NCBI GenBank assembly: GCA_963767925.1
Contig: CAVYGB010000013.1
Coordinates: 132,576 to 196,575, forward strand
Origin: an uncultured delta proteobacterium
Lineage (GTDB): Bacteria > Myxococcota_A > Polyangia > Fen-1088
DNA length: 64,000 bases
Reading direction: 5' to 3'
The translations under genes and the position numbers were made by a program. Below the pieces are notes generated by a model, which saw only the letters and a program-made list of their open reading frames with translations, was not told the origin of the DNA and did not search any database. Positions 49,132 to 60,203 of the stretch are shown here, in pieces. How positions within the stretch are numbered: the stretch's first letter is position 1; every line of letters starts with the position of its first letter.

Positions 49132-50351
49132 GTGCCAGACCCAGCCAGCCAGGAGACAGCCAGCCAGGACCGCGTCCTCGTCACCGTGACCGGACGGGAT
49201 CGCCCCGGCGTGACCGCCATGTTGAGCGAGCATCCTCGTCCAGAAGGGAGCGGTGCTCACCGACATCGAGCAGGTGGTCGTGCAGGGGCAGCTCACGCTG
49301 TGCCTCCTCGTCGATCTCCCTCGCTCCAGCGACGTGCTCAAGGAGCTGCTGTTCGCCGCCAAGCAGCTCGGCATGTCGCTCGACTTCAACCCGGTCAGCG
49401 ACGAGCCAGCCGCCGGGCAGGTCGATGTCTCCTCGAGCCAGCGCTACGTCATCACCGCCATCGCCCGCAGCCTGGGGGCCAGCCACATCCACGCCATCGC
49501 CTCCACCCTGGCGGGGGAGGGGGCCAACATCGAGAAGATCTCGCGCCTGTCCGAAGGGGCCCTCGCCTCGGTCGAGATCCACGCCACGTTGGCCCCCGGC
49601 GGCGATCCCGACCGGCTCAGGCGGGCCTTGCTGGGGGTGGCCACCCGCTCCTCGTTCGACGTGGCCCTGCAGCGCGAGGGGCTGTTTCGCCGCTCGAAGC
49701 GCCTCGTCGTGATGGACATGGACTCGACCCTCATCCGGATCGAGGTGATCGACGAGCTGGCCCGCGCCGCCGGCGTGCTACGAGCGGGTCGCCGCCATCA
49801 CCGAGCAGGCCATGCAGGGGGAGATGAACTACGACGAATCCCTGCGCCAGCGGGTGGCGCTGCTGGCCGGGCTCGAAGCGTCCGCCCTCGAGCGCATCGC
49901 CGCCGAGCTGCCCCTTGACCGAAGGGGCCGAGACCCTGGTGCGGGTGCTCAAGCGGCTCGGCTACCGGCTGGCCATCATCAGCGGTGGCTTCTCTCACGC
50001 CGCCGAGGCGCTCAAGCGCCGGCTGGGGATCGACTACGCCTTCTCCAACAACCTGGAGATCGAGGGCGGCAGCTGACCGGGCGCGTGCTGGGCCCCATCG
50101 TCAACGCCCACCGCAAGGCCGAGCTGGTGGAGATCATCGCCCAGCTCGAGGGGGTGGTGCTCGACCAGGTCGTGGCGGTGGGCGACGGGGCCAACGACAT
50201 CTTCATGCTGGAGAAGGCCGGCCTGGGCATCGCCTTTCACGCCAAGACCAAGCTGCGCGAGGCGGCCGACACCTCCATCTCGGGCGCCGGCCTCGACGCC
50301 GTCCTGTACCTCCTCGGCATCACCGCCCGCGAGATCAAGGAGATCCGCTGA
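49132..50351 (+). CDS. serB: Phosphoserine phosphatase with ACT domains (frameshifted)
   Basis: [23 protein letters not shown] motif [52 protein letters not shown], spread over several frames. Confidence 0.9.
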
Positions 50352-50374
50352 CGCCCGGTGCTCCCTGACCGCGT

Positions 50375-50405
50375 GACGTTCGGGTTCGACCGCAACCCGA
50401 ACGTC
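50375..50405. terminator. Hairpin between convergent serB and nadB (possible bidirectional terminator)
   Basis: Perfect 12-bp stem GACGTTCGGGTT / AACCCGAACGTC with a 7-nt loop. Confidence 0.55.
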
Positions 50406-50415
50406 GCCCGGGCGC

Positions 50416-52009
50416 TCAGGCCATGGGGCCGTCGCCGCGGGCGAGGACGGTGTCCTGCTCGAGGCGGGGGTCGCGGTCGGGGTGGTCGAGGTTGAAGTGC
50501 AGGCCCCGGCTCTCCTGCCGGCGGCGGGCGCTGTGGATGATGAGGTCGGCCACCAGGGCGATGTTGCGCAGCTCGAGCAGGTCGTTGTTGACGAGGAAGT
50601 TCCAGTAGTACTCGCGGATCTCCTCGCGGATGAGGCTGATGCGCCGCTGCGCCCGCTCGAGCCGGGCGTCCGAGCGCACCACCCCCACGTAGTTCCACAT
50701 GAGCCGCCGGATCTCGTCCCAGGTGTGGCTGACGATGACCGCCTCGTCGGGCAAGCTGGCCTCGCCCGGCGTACCAGGGGGCGACGTAGGGCGGCCGGCT
50801 CACCTGCGACGCCGCGGACGTCGTCGGCGGCCCGCGCGGCGTAGACCAGGGCCTCGAGCAGGGAGTTGGAGGCCAGCCGGCAGGCGCCGTGCAGCCCGGT
50901 CATCGACACCTCGCCGATGGCGTACAGGTTGCGCACGCTGGTGCGTCCGGGCTCGTCGACCAGCACGCCCCCACAGCTGTAGTGGGCGGCCGGCACCACC
51001 GGGATCGGCTCTTTCGCCATGTCGATGCCCAGCTCGAGACAACGGCGGTGGATGTTGGGGAAACGCTCGGCCAGGAAGGCGGCCGGCAGGTGGGTCATGT
51101 CGAGCACGACGTGGTCGTCGCCGGTGCGCTTCATCTCGGCGTCGATGGCCCGGGCCACGATGTCGCGGGGGGCGAGATCGCGCAGCTCGTGGTAGCGGGG
51201 CATGAAGGCCGATCCGTCGCGCAGCCGCAAGATGCCGCCCTCGCCGCGCAGGGCCTCGCTGATCAGGAAGGACTTGGCCTCCGGGTGATAGAGGCAGGTG
51301 GGGTGAAACTGGAAGAACTCCATGTTCGCCACCCGGGCGCCCACCCGGTAGGCCATCGCCACCCCGTCGCCGGTCGCCACGTCGGGGTTGGAGGTGTAGA
51401 GGTAGACCTTGCCCGCGCCGCCGGTGGCGATGATCACCGCCCGGGCGACGATGGTCTTCACCTCGCCGGTCTTCTGATCGAACACGTAGGCCCCGAACAC
51501 GACGTTGGGCCCTCCGTATTTGGCGGTCGTGAGCAGGTCGATGGCCATGTGATCGCGCAGCACCGTGATGCGATCGCTGCGCTCCTGCGGTGCGGGCCAG
51601 CAGCGCGGTCAGGATCGCCTCGCCGGTCGTGTCGCGGGCGTGGACGATGCGGCGCGCGCTGTGCCCGCCCTCGCGGCCCAGCGCGAACTGTCCGTCGGCG
51701 TCGCGGTCGAACTGGACCCCGAGCTGGTTGGCCAGGTTGCAGGATGTGCTCGGGCCCCTCACGCACACAGCGTTCGACCACCTCGCGCTGGCACAGGCCA
51801 TCGCCCACCTTCAGGGTGTCGTCGATGTGCTGCTCGGGGCTGTCGTCGGGGCCGAGCACGCCCGCCACCCCGCCCTGGGCGTATTGGGTGTTGGCCTCGT
51901 TGGGGGCTCGCTTGGTCACCACCACGACGCGGCCGTGTTCGGCCGCCCGCAGGGCGAAATACAGTCCCGCCAGGCCGGAGCCGAGGACGAGGTAGTCGGT
52001 TTCCTCCAC
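50416..52009 (-). CDS. nadB: L-aspartate oxidase (frameshifted)
   Basis: [86 protein letters not shown]. Confidence 0.93.
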
Positions 52010-52089
52010 GCGCCGAATCTACTCCAGGATCCAGGTCCAGGGCTGCGGCCTGCAGACCTGGTACGTGTTACGATCAGCGCTCTGTCGTG

Positions 52090-52986
52090 ATGCCCCGATC
52101 CGATCCCGCTCCTGTGCGCGCTGGCCGTGCTCTGCGCGGCCGTCCCGCGCAGGGGCGGCGGTCTGGAAACGCGTGCGCCCCGACGGCACCGAGGAGTTCA
52201 CCAACATCCGCCCCACCGGCAAGGAGTGGAAGCGGGTCAAGGGGGCAGGCGGTCCCGAGCGCAGCAGCGCCCCGCCGGTGCGCGAGTCGGCGGGCAAGCT
52301 GCCCATGGCCGCCGCCGCGGCCTCCAGCACCCGCACCGGCAGCACCATCTGGGGCCGGGAGAACGAGGACGGCACCCTCGAGTTCACCAACCTGAGCCCG
52401 GTGGGCTCGCGCTGGCGCGTCCTCTACCGCACCGGCCCGGGCAAGGCCGCCTCGACCCGCGGTCCTTCCGACCTGGTGCCGCCGCGGGATCGCTCGAGCG
52501 CCCGCTTCTCGCCGCTACGACGAGCACATCCGCGACCAGCAGGCGTTCTTCGGCATCCCCCAGGCCTTCGTGCGCGCGGTGATCAAGGTGGAGTCCGACT
52601 ACGACCCCCGGGTCGTCTCCAGCGCCGGCTGCGTGGGGCTGATGCAGCTCATGCCGGAGACCGCGCGTCATATGGGCGTGACCGACATCTGGGATCCCCG
52701 CCAGAACATCATGGGCGGCTCGCGCTACCTGCAGGTGCTGGCCCGCCGGTTCTGCCGGACCCCGGCCCGGCAGGGCGCCCCCGGCTTCATGTGCTCCTCC
52801 GAGGAGCTGGTGCGGGTCATCGCCGGCTACCACGCCGGCCCCGGGGCGGTGGAAAAATACGGGGGCATGCCGCCCTACGAGACCACCCGGGCCTACGTGA
52901 CCAACGTCTTGCAGCGGTACGAAGAGTACCGCCACCGCGAAGGGCAGAGCCGGGACGGCTCGACCCTCGCGGCGACCAAACCCTGA
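52090..52986 (+). CDS. Lytic transglycosylase (SLT) with duplicated DUF4124-like N-terminal motifs (frameshifted; start approximate)
   Basis: Two W....DGT.EFTN motifs; SLT motifs AVIKVES.YDP, GLMQLMP.TA, NI.GG..YL, AGYHAGPGAV, PPY.TT..YV. Confidence 0.82.
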
Positions 52987-53003
52987 GGGTGGGAGCTGGC
53001 GCC

Positions 53004-54271
53004 GTGTCGTCGCTGACTTCGCCCGTGGCGTCCGGGGAGCTGCCCCGGCCGCCCGCCCCCGACGCCTCCGCCCGCATGCGCCGGGCCGGTCAGCTCGTCT
53101 CGGAGCGGCGGCTGGCCGAGGCGGAGGTCGAGATCCTGGAGGCGCTCGGGGAGGCGCCCGACGACCTGCGGGCCCACAAGCTGCTGGCCCTGGTTCGGTT
53201 CCGCCTGGGGCGGCTGGTCGACGCGCGGGCGTCGTACCAGAAGGTTGTCGAGGCGGCCCCCGAAGACGCCGCCGCCCGCCTCAACCTGGGGCTCATCGCC
53301 CTCAAGCTCGAGCGCTTCGAGGAGGCGACCGACGAGCTGGCTGGCCGCCGTCCGGCTGCGCCCGAGATGCCCGGACGCTCGCCTACCTCGGCCATGCCCA
53401 GGCCCGCCTGGGCCGCACCGGCGAGGCGGCGCGCGCCTTCCGGCAGGCGGGGCAGCCCGATCTGGCCGCGAGATCGAGACCCGGGCCAGCCCGCTCGACT
53501 CCCCCTTCGACGCGCAGGAGGCACCGGCGCCCGATAGCCGCCCCGCGGCCGGCCAGCCGCTCACCGGGTTCGTGCACGCCCGGCTGCTCGACATCGCCGC
53601 CCCGGCCAGCCCGTCGGACGGGATCTACCGGATGGCGCTGGACCCCGACGCCGACACGAAGCCCCCCGCCCAGGCCTTCGTGCAGGCCGACCGGCTGCTC
53701 GTCGCGGTGGGGGCGGTGGCGGTGGAGCCCGCCCGCCGGCGCCAGCGCGGGCAGCAGACCGAGGCCCCCCTGGGCGGGACCGACGGCCCTTTCCTGTTTT
53801 GCCGGGGCCGGGGCGAGCTCTGGCTGACCCCCGCGGGCCCGCCCGGCAGCCTCGACGCCCTCGACCTGGAGGAGGACGTGCTGTTCGTGCGCGAGTCCTC
53901 GGTGCTGGCCTTCTCCGGCGAGCTGGTCTGGGAGTCGGGGGCCATCCCCCGCTCGGACGTGCGCCTGTTGCACCTGCACGGCAGCGGGCGGGTGATCGTC
54001 GACTGGTCGGCCCGCGACGTGGTGGCCCTGCGCCTGGTCGAGGGAAGACCCCTCGACCGTGTCGGCCGAGCGCCTGTGCGGCTGGATCGGACATGTGGTC
54101 GTGAGCCTCACCGGGGACAGCGTCCCGGGGCCTCTGGTCGCCTGCGAGGGCGAAGGGGTGCTATTGATCGCCCGCAATGGGCAAGCTGGCGAGCGAGTTC
54201 ACCAACGCGCCGAACCTGGTCACGATGGGCCGGGTCATCCTGATCCCGGGCGTGCTGTTCTTCATCGATAA
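53004..54271 (+). CDS. TPR plus AIM24-like domain protein (frameshifted; end uncertain)
   Basis: TPR helices (AHKLLALVRFRLG, ARLNLGLIALK), then C.G.GEL.L, LFVRESSVLAF, L.L.G.G.V and GEG.LLI, AIM24-like strands. Confidence 0.6.
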
Positions 54272-54787
54272 CTACAGCCCGCTGCGCAGCTTCATCGCGG
54301 CCCTGCTGTACCTGGTGTCGGCGGCCACCGACGCCCTCGACGGCTACCTGGCCCGCCGCCGCGGGCAGGTGAGCGTGCTCGGCAAGTTCCTCGATCCCCT
54401 GGCCGACAAGCTGATCGTCACCGCCGTGCTGGTGGTGATGGTGGGGCTGGGGCGGGTGCCCGCCTGGGTGGTGGTGGTGATGATCGCCCGCGACCTGGCG
54501 GTCAACGGCCTGCGCGGGCGTGGCCTCGGCCCACGGGCTGGTCATCGCGGCCAGCGAAGGGCGGCAAGGTGAAGACCGCCCTGCAGCTGGTGGCCATCGT
54601 GATGCTGCTGATCCACTTTCGCTACCCGGTGCTGGGGATGGAGGTCAGCGTCGACTACCACGCGGCCGGCATGGTGACCCTCTACGTCTCGCTGGCGATG
54701 TCGATGCTCTCGGGCGTCGAATACCTGCGCCAGTTCGTCGCGGTGCTGGGGCGCGAGGGCGATTCGGCGGGAAGCCCCGCGCCTTGA
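54177..54787 (+). CDS. pgsA: CDP-diacylglycerol--glycerol-3-phosphate 3-phosphatidyltransferase (frameshifted)
   Basis: PN.VT.GR, TDALDGYLARR.G.VS.LGKFLDPLADKL, ARDLAV.GLR, K.KTALQ. Confidence 0.9.
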
Positions 54788-56123
54788 TCGTCCTGCCGCT
54801 CGACGCCGCCGCGGCGTCCCGGCGGTCGGGAGGTGGCCCGGCGGCTCGGGCGGGGCCGGGCTCCCTGCTGGCTGATGTCGCCCGGCGCGGGCGAGCTGGG
54901 GCTGCACCGCGAATACCTGGCCAGCGATCCGGTCCAGGTCGTGCGCGGCGATTCCCTGCCCGAGCTGGAGCAGGCCTGGCAGCGGGCGCGCGCCGCCTGG
55001 GCGGCGGGGCCCGAGACGCCGGTGGCGGTGGGCTACCTGTCTTACGATCTCGGCCGCCAGCTCGATCGGCTGCGCAGCCGGCCTCCCGGCCGCCTCGAGC
55101 TGGGCGCCCCTCGAGTTTCGCTTCTACGACGCCTTCTGGGTGCAACGAGCCGGCCCGGGGGGCCAGCGCGATCTGGGCGGTCGACCGGGCGGCGGCCGAG
55201 GCGCTGCGCGTGCGGCTGGCGGTGGTCCCGCCCCCGCCGGCGCCACCCCACGCTGGACCCCCTGCTGCCGGTGGAGCCACCCGAGCGCTACCTGCGCGCG
55301 GCCGAGCGGGTGCTGGGCTACCTGCAGGCCGGCGACGTCTACCAGGTCAACCTGGCCCGCCGGTTGCGCGCCCGCTGCCGGGGCGACGGGCCGCCCGGCC
55401 TCGAGCTGTTCGCCCGGCTGGTCGAGCGGGCGCCGGCCCCCCACGCCCTGTGGCTGGCGGGGGAGGGCGGCCGGGCGCTGCTCGGCAACTCGCCGGAGCG
55501 GTTCCTGCGCCTGCAGGCCGACGGCGCCATCTCGACCGCGCCCATCAAGGGGACCCGCCCGCGCGGCGGCGCCGAGGACGCCGCCCGGATCGCCGAGCTG
55601 GTCGGCGCCCCCAAGGACCGGGCCGAACACGTCATGATCGTGGATCTCGAGCGCAACGATCTCGGGCGGATCTGCACCGGTCGGCTCGGTCACCGTAGAG
55701 GACCCCCTGCGCCTGCTGTCGCTGCCCAGCGTGTTTCACCTCGTGAGCACGGTGCGCGGCCAGCTCCGCCCCGGCCTGGGCCTGGCGGAGATCTTGCGAG
55801 CGACCTTCCCCGGGGGATCGATCACCGGCGCGCCCAAGCTGCGGGCGATGGAGATCATCGACGAGCTCGAGCCAGCCAGCCGCGGTCCTTACACCGGCGC
55901 CAGCGGCTGGCTGGGGGCTGCCGGGGACTTCGATCTGGCGATCGCGATCCGCACCGCCCTGCTGGAGGACGAGACGCTCACCCTCTGGGTGGGCGGGGGC
56001 ATCGTGGCCGACTCGTCACCGGAGGCCGAGCTGGAGGAGACGACGGTCAAGGCCGCCGCCTTCGCCGGCCTGGTCACCGAGCGCGGCGGCGCTACTCCCG
56101 CGGGCGCTCCACCACCCCGCTGA
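54784..56123 (+). CDS. Aminodeoxychorismate/anthranilate synthase component I family (PabB-like, frameshifted)
   Basis: VGYLSYDLG, GDVYQVNLAR, SPERFL, PIKGTRPR, KDRAEHVMIVDLERNDLGR, FPGGSITGAPKLRAMEII.ELE, GGGIVADS. Confidence 0.88.
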
Positions 56124-56466
56124 CGGCCATCGGCCGCGCCTCCACGGTGGCGTCCTCGGGGTTGGATTCGTCGACGCCCTCGGCGAACTCCTCCGCGGAG
56201 GAGGTCTCCAGGAAAGGTCCCCCGATCTCCTCGGACACGATCTGGTTCATCACCTCGTCGTCGACGTTGCCCCCGGTGGTCGCGGAGGCGACGAAGTCCT
56301 CGGCCAGCGTCTCGGCCAGGTCGTCGGGCGCGCGCGAGGGGCCGCCTTCCTGAGGATCGGGAAAAAATGCGTCAGCGGAATCGCTGCGCGCCGTCCGCTG
56401 GGCCAGCGTTCGGCGATCGTCGTTTGTGGAAAATTGCCGTCCGGATTGCTCGTCACGTTTGGCCAT
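56092..56466 (-). CDS. Small acidic hypothetical protein
   Basis: GC3-biased ORF with an ordered-looking acidic motif (DDLAE.LAEDFV.SAT.G...EEIGGPFLET....EFA.GVD.SNP); GGAG upstream. Confidence 0.65.
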   Translation of the reverse strand: MAKRDEQSGRQFSTNDDRRTLAQRTARSDSADAFFPDPQEGGPSRAPDDLAETLAEDFVASATTGGNVDDEVMNQIVSEEIGGPFLETSSAEEFAEGVDESNPEDATVEARPMAVSGVVERPRE

Positions 56467-56678
56467 GAAGCTGTCTCCCCGGGTCTTCTCTCCCTCTGCG
56501 GGTTGCTCTGCTGCAGTCAAAGATGGGTCGAGAAACGTCGCGTGGCCCTAGTTTTGTCGTCATCGGGGGCAGGCCTGTTACCTGCAAAACGTTCGTTTTA
56601 GCCGGCCGCCGTGCGGGACCGCCGAGGCCCATTGCGGGAGGTGCGGAACCCTCCTAGGGTTCTGCCCAGAGAAAACAC

Positions 56679-59600
56679 TTGGGGCGGGCAGTTCTTCGAC
56701 GGAGTTTTCAGGTCGCGGCGTGGGCCCTCGCCGCGATGGTCGGCCTCATCGCCCTGTGCGCCGTCCTGTTGCCGCTCGTCTTCCGGGGGCCCCGCCTGGC
56801 CTGGGCGCTGGGCAAGGCCTTGCCCCCCATGCAGGGGGAGATCCACCTCGGCGGTGGGCGGCTGGGGGTGGGGGCGCTGTTTTCGCTGGCCCTCGGGCGC
56901 CCGACCAGCCTGGTCCTGCAGGATCTGCGGGTGCTGGATCCGGAGGGGGTGGAGGTGTTCTGGGCGGCCGATCTGCGCGCCGCGCTCGCGGTGGAGCGCG
57001 CGCCCCTGCGGATCGTGATCCACGACCTGCGCCCGGGTGTGTCGCGCTGGCGGCTGGCCCGCATGCGCACGCGGGGCGGGATCGGGTTCTTGGCGGCCTT
57101 CGTGCCGCGGGGCCGGCGTCCCGAGCTGGCCCCGCCCGGTCGGCCCGCCCCGCCGGTCGAGCGCGAGCGGCCCGTCCGGCCGGAGGGCGCGACGCGGCCC
57201 CCGGGTGAGCCCCGGCTGCAGTTCGCCATCGCCAGCGCCCACCTCGACGGCACCCGTGCCACCTTCGACTTTCCCGGCTGGGGGCTCGACCTGCAGGACA
57301 TCCGCGCCACGGGCAGCTTCTGGGCCGGCCTGCGCGGCGACGGACGCCCGCCGATCGGCTTCGAGGTGCGCGATATCCACGCCCGCGGTGGCGGCGGCCT
57401 GCGCATCGGCGCGGGCCGCCAGGCCGCCCAGGTGCCCTTCGACAAGGCGCGCCTTCACTGGATCGGCACGCCGTCCCACGCGCCCGCCGACCTGCTGCTG
57501 CTCGTCTCGGGCGCCACAACCGGGCGCTCGCGGCTGTCGGGGCGGGCCCAGTTCGTCTCGCTGTTCGCTTCGCGGCGCGCCCTGACGGCGGCGCCCGGCC
57601 TGCCCCGGCCGGGCATGGAGATCGACGCCGACTGGGAGGAGGCCGCCGACGCTCTCGACGCCCTGGTCAAGCAGCGGGGCCTGCGCGGCGTCGCGGTGGC
57701 CGGCGAGGGGGCCCACGTGGAGGTCCGGGTCCGGGGCCCCTTCCGGCAGCTACAGGGCCGCTTCGAGGCGGAGAAGCTGGATCTCACGGTGGCCGGGTTC
57801 CGGCTGCGCGACCTGGCCCTCGACCTCGGCCTGCGCACGTCGCCGCTGCGGGTCGGGCTCGACCGCCTGTCCTTCAAGTCGCCCGGCGGGGGCGGCATAG
57901 AGGCCTACGGCGTGTTCTCCGGATCGGGCAACGCCCGCCTGCGCATGCAGGTCGACCGGCTGGCGACCGGCGCGCTGGTGCCGCCCTACCTGCGCCCGCT
58001 GGTGGGGGGCACCGCCCAGGGCTGGCTGGCGGCGCGGGCGGACATCCCGCGCCAGTCGTTCGTCCTCGAAGGGATGGAGCTGACGCTCGAGCGAGATCGG
58101 CGCGGCCCGCTGCCCCGGACCATCCGCCTCTTCACGGGCGCGCCCAGCGGCGCCGCCACCACCGGCGACGTGCTGCACGGCAGCCTCGAGGGGGTGCGCT
58201 ACCAGCGGGGGACGCTGAGCGTGCGGCGGGCGGCGGCCAGCGCCTTCGGGGCCCAGGTGGCGGCCTCGCTGGCGCTGCACACCCGCGGCCTGGACCGCGA
58301 CGGCAAGACGCCCCACCTCGAGTTCGGGTTCGATGCCCGCAACCTCGACCTGCGCAAGGCCCTGCCCCGGTTCCCCGTCTCGGGGAGGCTGTCGATGTCG
58401 GCCCGGGCCAGCGGACCGCTCGACGACCTCACGGCCCACCTGCGCTTCTTGCCGCCCGGCCGGCTGACCGTGTTCGACCAGCCCTACGGGCTGCCGCCGC
58501 AGGTGGATCTGCGGGTGCGCGGCGATCTGCTGGTCCTCTCGCCGTTTTCGCTGGCTCCGCCCGGCGGGGGCCAGCTCACGGTGGCGGGCAAGCTGGTCTT
58601 CGACCGCGAGGTCGAGCTCGATCTCGATCTGCGGGACCACCGGCTGGATCGCCTCCCGGTCCTGGCGCGCCGGATGGTGGGGGTGGCGGGCGACGTGTCG
58701 GCCAGCCTGCGGCTGCGCGGCCGCCCCGAAGAGCCCCGCCTGTCCGGGACCCTCGATCTCGACGCGCGGGAGGTCCCGCTGACCGCGCTGCTGCCCGGCG
58801 TGCCCGGGCTGGATCGGGCCGGCCTGCGCCTGGCGGGCGGGTTCGAGCTGGCGGTGTCCCGGCGCAAGCCGATGCAGATCGGGGCCGAGATCCGCGACCT
58901 GCAGCTCGCCTACGGCTGCTCGGGCGCGCGCCGGCCGGTCCGGGCCGGGAGCTGCGTGCGCTTCCAGAATAGCGGTCCGATGCGGCTGCGTTCGGTGGGC
59001 GGCATGCGGCGGATCGAGCTCGACCGGACCCGCCTGCGCACGGCGGGCAGCGACTTCTCGCTGGCCGGCCGGCTCTCCGAGGGGGACCTCGACGCCCGGC
59101 TCGAGGGTCGCTTCGCGGTCGGCCTGTTCGAGCCCTTCTACCGCCGCTGGCCCGTCTCGGTCGCCGGCACCATCGGGGCGGCGCTGCACGTCGGCGGCTC
59201 GACCCGGGCGCCTCGGGTCGAGGGCACCCTCCGCGTCGCCGAGCCGCTGGTGGTGCGGCACCGCTCGGGCCGGATCGAGCTGCAGATGGTGGAGGGCGAG
59301 CTGGCCCTGCGCGGCGGCCGGCTGTTCGCCTCCGGGGTCCAGCTCCTGGGCCACGGGGTGCGCCTGCGGCTCGACGGCGAGGCCCCGGGCGGGCGCGCCG
59401 ATCCCGACAGCCCGCTGCGCCTGCGCCTCGGCGGCGAGATCGACACCGCTCTGCTGGCCCGCTCGTTCCCCGAGGTCGTGACCCGGGCCAGCGGCACCGT
59501 CCGGCTCGACGGCAAGCTCGAGGGCAGCCTGGCCGCTCCCCGCCTGGACGGGCAGGTCGAGATCGGCGCCCTGTCGGCCCGGCTCCGCCAGCGGGACCTC

Positions 59601-60203
59601 GAGATCACGGTCCAGCCGGCGCGCATCGAGGTGCGCGAGAACCGGGTCACCCTGAGCGGGCTCACCGTCGACACCCGCCCGGGCGGGCGGCTGGTGGTGG
59701 GGCCACCCGGGGCGCCCGCTCAGCTCGAGATCCTCAAGCTCGTCCCCTTCGTGATGGGCCAGGTCCGGCTGCCGGTCGCGGGGCGCGGCCTGAACGTCGC
59801 CTTGCCCTGGCTCACCTTGCAGCAAGGCGCCTTCGACGTGATCCTGCAGGGGGACGCCGACCAGGGGCCGATCTGGCTGAAGGGTCGGGCCGAGGTCGGC
59901 GCCGGTCGCTACTGGCCCCTGCGGGGGCCCCGCACCGGCGGGGCGGGGGGCAACGCCGCCGCCCGGGTCCAGCGCCGGCTACCCCGCTCGATGCGCCCGG
60001 CGAGCTTGCCGATCCAGCTCGACCTGCAGGTCGTCGGCGACGGCCAGCGCTTCGTCATCGATCCGGGCTGGCTGCCCGACCTGCACCTCGACCTCGACGT
60101 CCGGATCGGCGGCACCGCCGCCCGCCCGCGCGTGGTCTGGGACGCCGATCCCCGCGGGTTGTGGACCCGGTTCGTGATGATGATCTACCGCTGGGTCTCC
60201 TGA
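56679..60203 (+). CDS. TamB/AsmA-like repeating beta-groove protein
   Basis: N-terminal TM anchor; long beta-strand-rich body with repeated G.L..P.L.G motifs; ends LDLDVRIGGT...P. Confidence 0.65.
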   Translation: MGRAVLRRSFQVAAWALAAMVGLIALCAVLLPLVFRGPRLAWALGKALPPMQGEIHLGGGRLGVGALFSLALGRPTSLVLQDLRVLDPEGVEVFWAADLRAALAVERAPLRIVIHDLRPGVSRWRLARMRTRGGIGFLAAFVPRGRRPELAPPGRPAPPVERERPVRPEGATRPPGEPRLQFAIASAHLDGTRATFDFPGWGLDLQDIRATGSFWAGLRGDGRPPIGFEVRDIHARGGGGLRIGAGRQAAQVPFDKARLHWIGTPSHAPADLLLLVSGATTGRSRLSGRAQFVSLFASRRALTAAPGLPRPGMEIDADWEEAADALDALVKQRGLRGVAVAGEGAHVEVRVRGPFRQLQGRFEAEKLDLTVAGFRLRDLALDLGLRTSPLRVGLDRLSFKSPGGGGIEAYGVFSGSGNARLRMQVDRLATGALVPPYLRPLVGGTAQGWLAARADIPRQSFVLEGMELTLERDRRGPLPRTIRLFTGAPSGAATTGDVLHGSLEGVRYQRGTLSVRRAAASAFGAQVAASLALHTRGLDRDGKTPHLEFGFDARNLDLRKALPRFPVSGRLSMSARASGPLDDLTAHLRFLPPGRLTVFDQPYGLPPQVDLRVRGDLLVLSPFSLAPPGGGQLTVAGKLVFDREVELDLDLRDHRLDRLPVLARRMVGVAGDVSASLRLRGRPEEPRLSGTLDLDAREVPLTALLPGVPGLDRAGLRLAGGFELAVSRRKPMQIGAEIRDLQLAYGCSGARRPVRAGSCVRFQNSGPMRLRSVGGMRRIELDRTRLRTAGSDFSLAGRLSEGDLDARLEGRFAVGLFEPFYRRWPVSVAGTIGAALHVGGSTRAPRVEGTLRVAEPLVVRHRSGRIELQMVEGELALRGGRLFASGVQLLGHGVRLRLDGEAPGGRADPDSPLRLRLGGEIDTALLARSFPEVVTRASGTVRLDGKLEGSLAAPRLDGQVEIGALSARLRQRDLEITVQPARIEVRENRVTLSGLTVDTRPGGRLVVGPPGAPAQLEILKLVPFVMGQVRLPVAGRGLNVALPWLTLQQGAFDVILQGDADQGPIWLKGRAEVGAGRYWPLRGPRTGGAGGNAAARVQRRLPRSMRPASLPIQLDLQVVGDGQRFVIDPGWLPDLHLDLDVRIGGTAARPRVVWDADPRGLWTRFVMMIYRWVS

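Noticed and set aside
39117-56123. Mass pseudogenisation of etfAB, serB, nadB, pgsA, pabB
   Set aside because: Only small indels with well-preserved motifs in core genes; sequencing or assembly error is more parsimonious.
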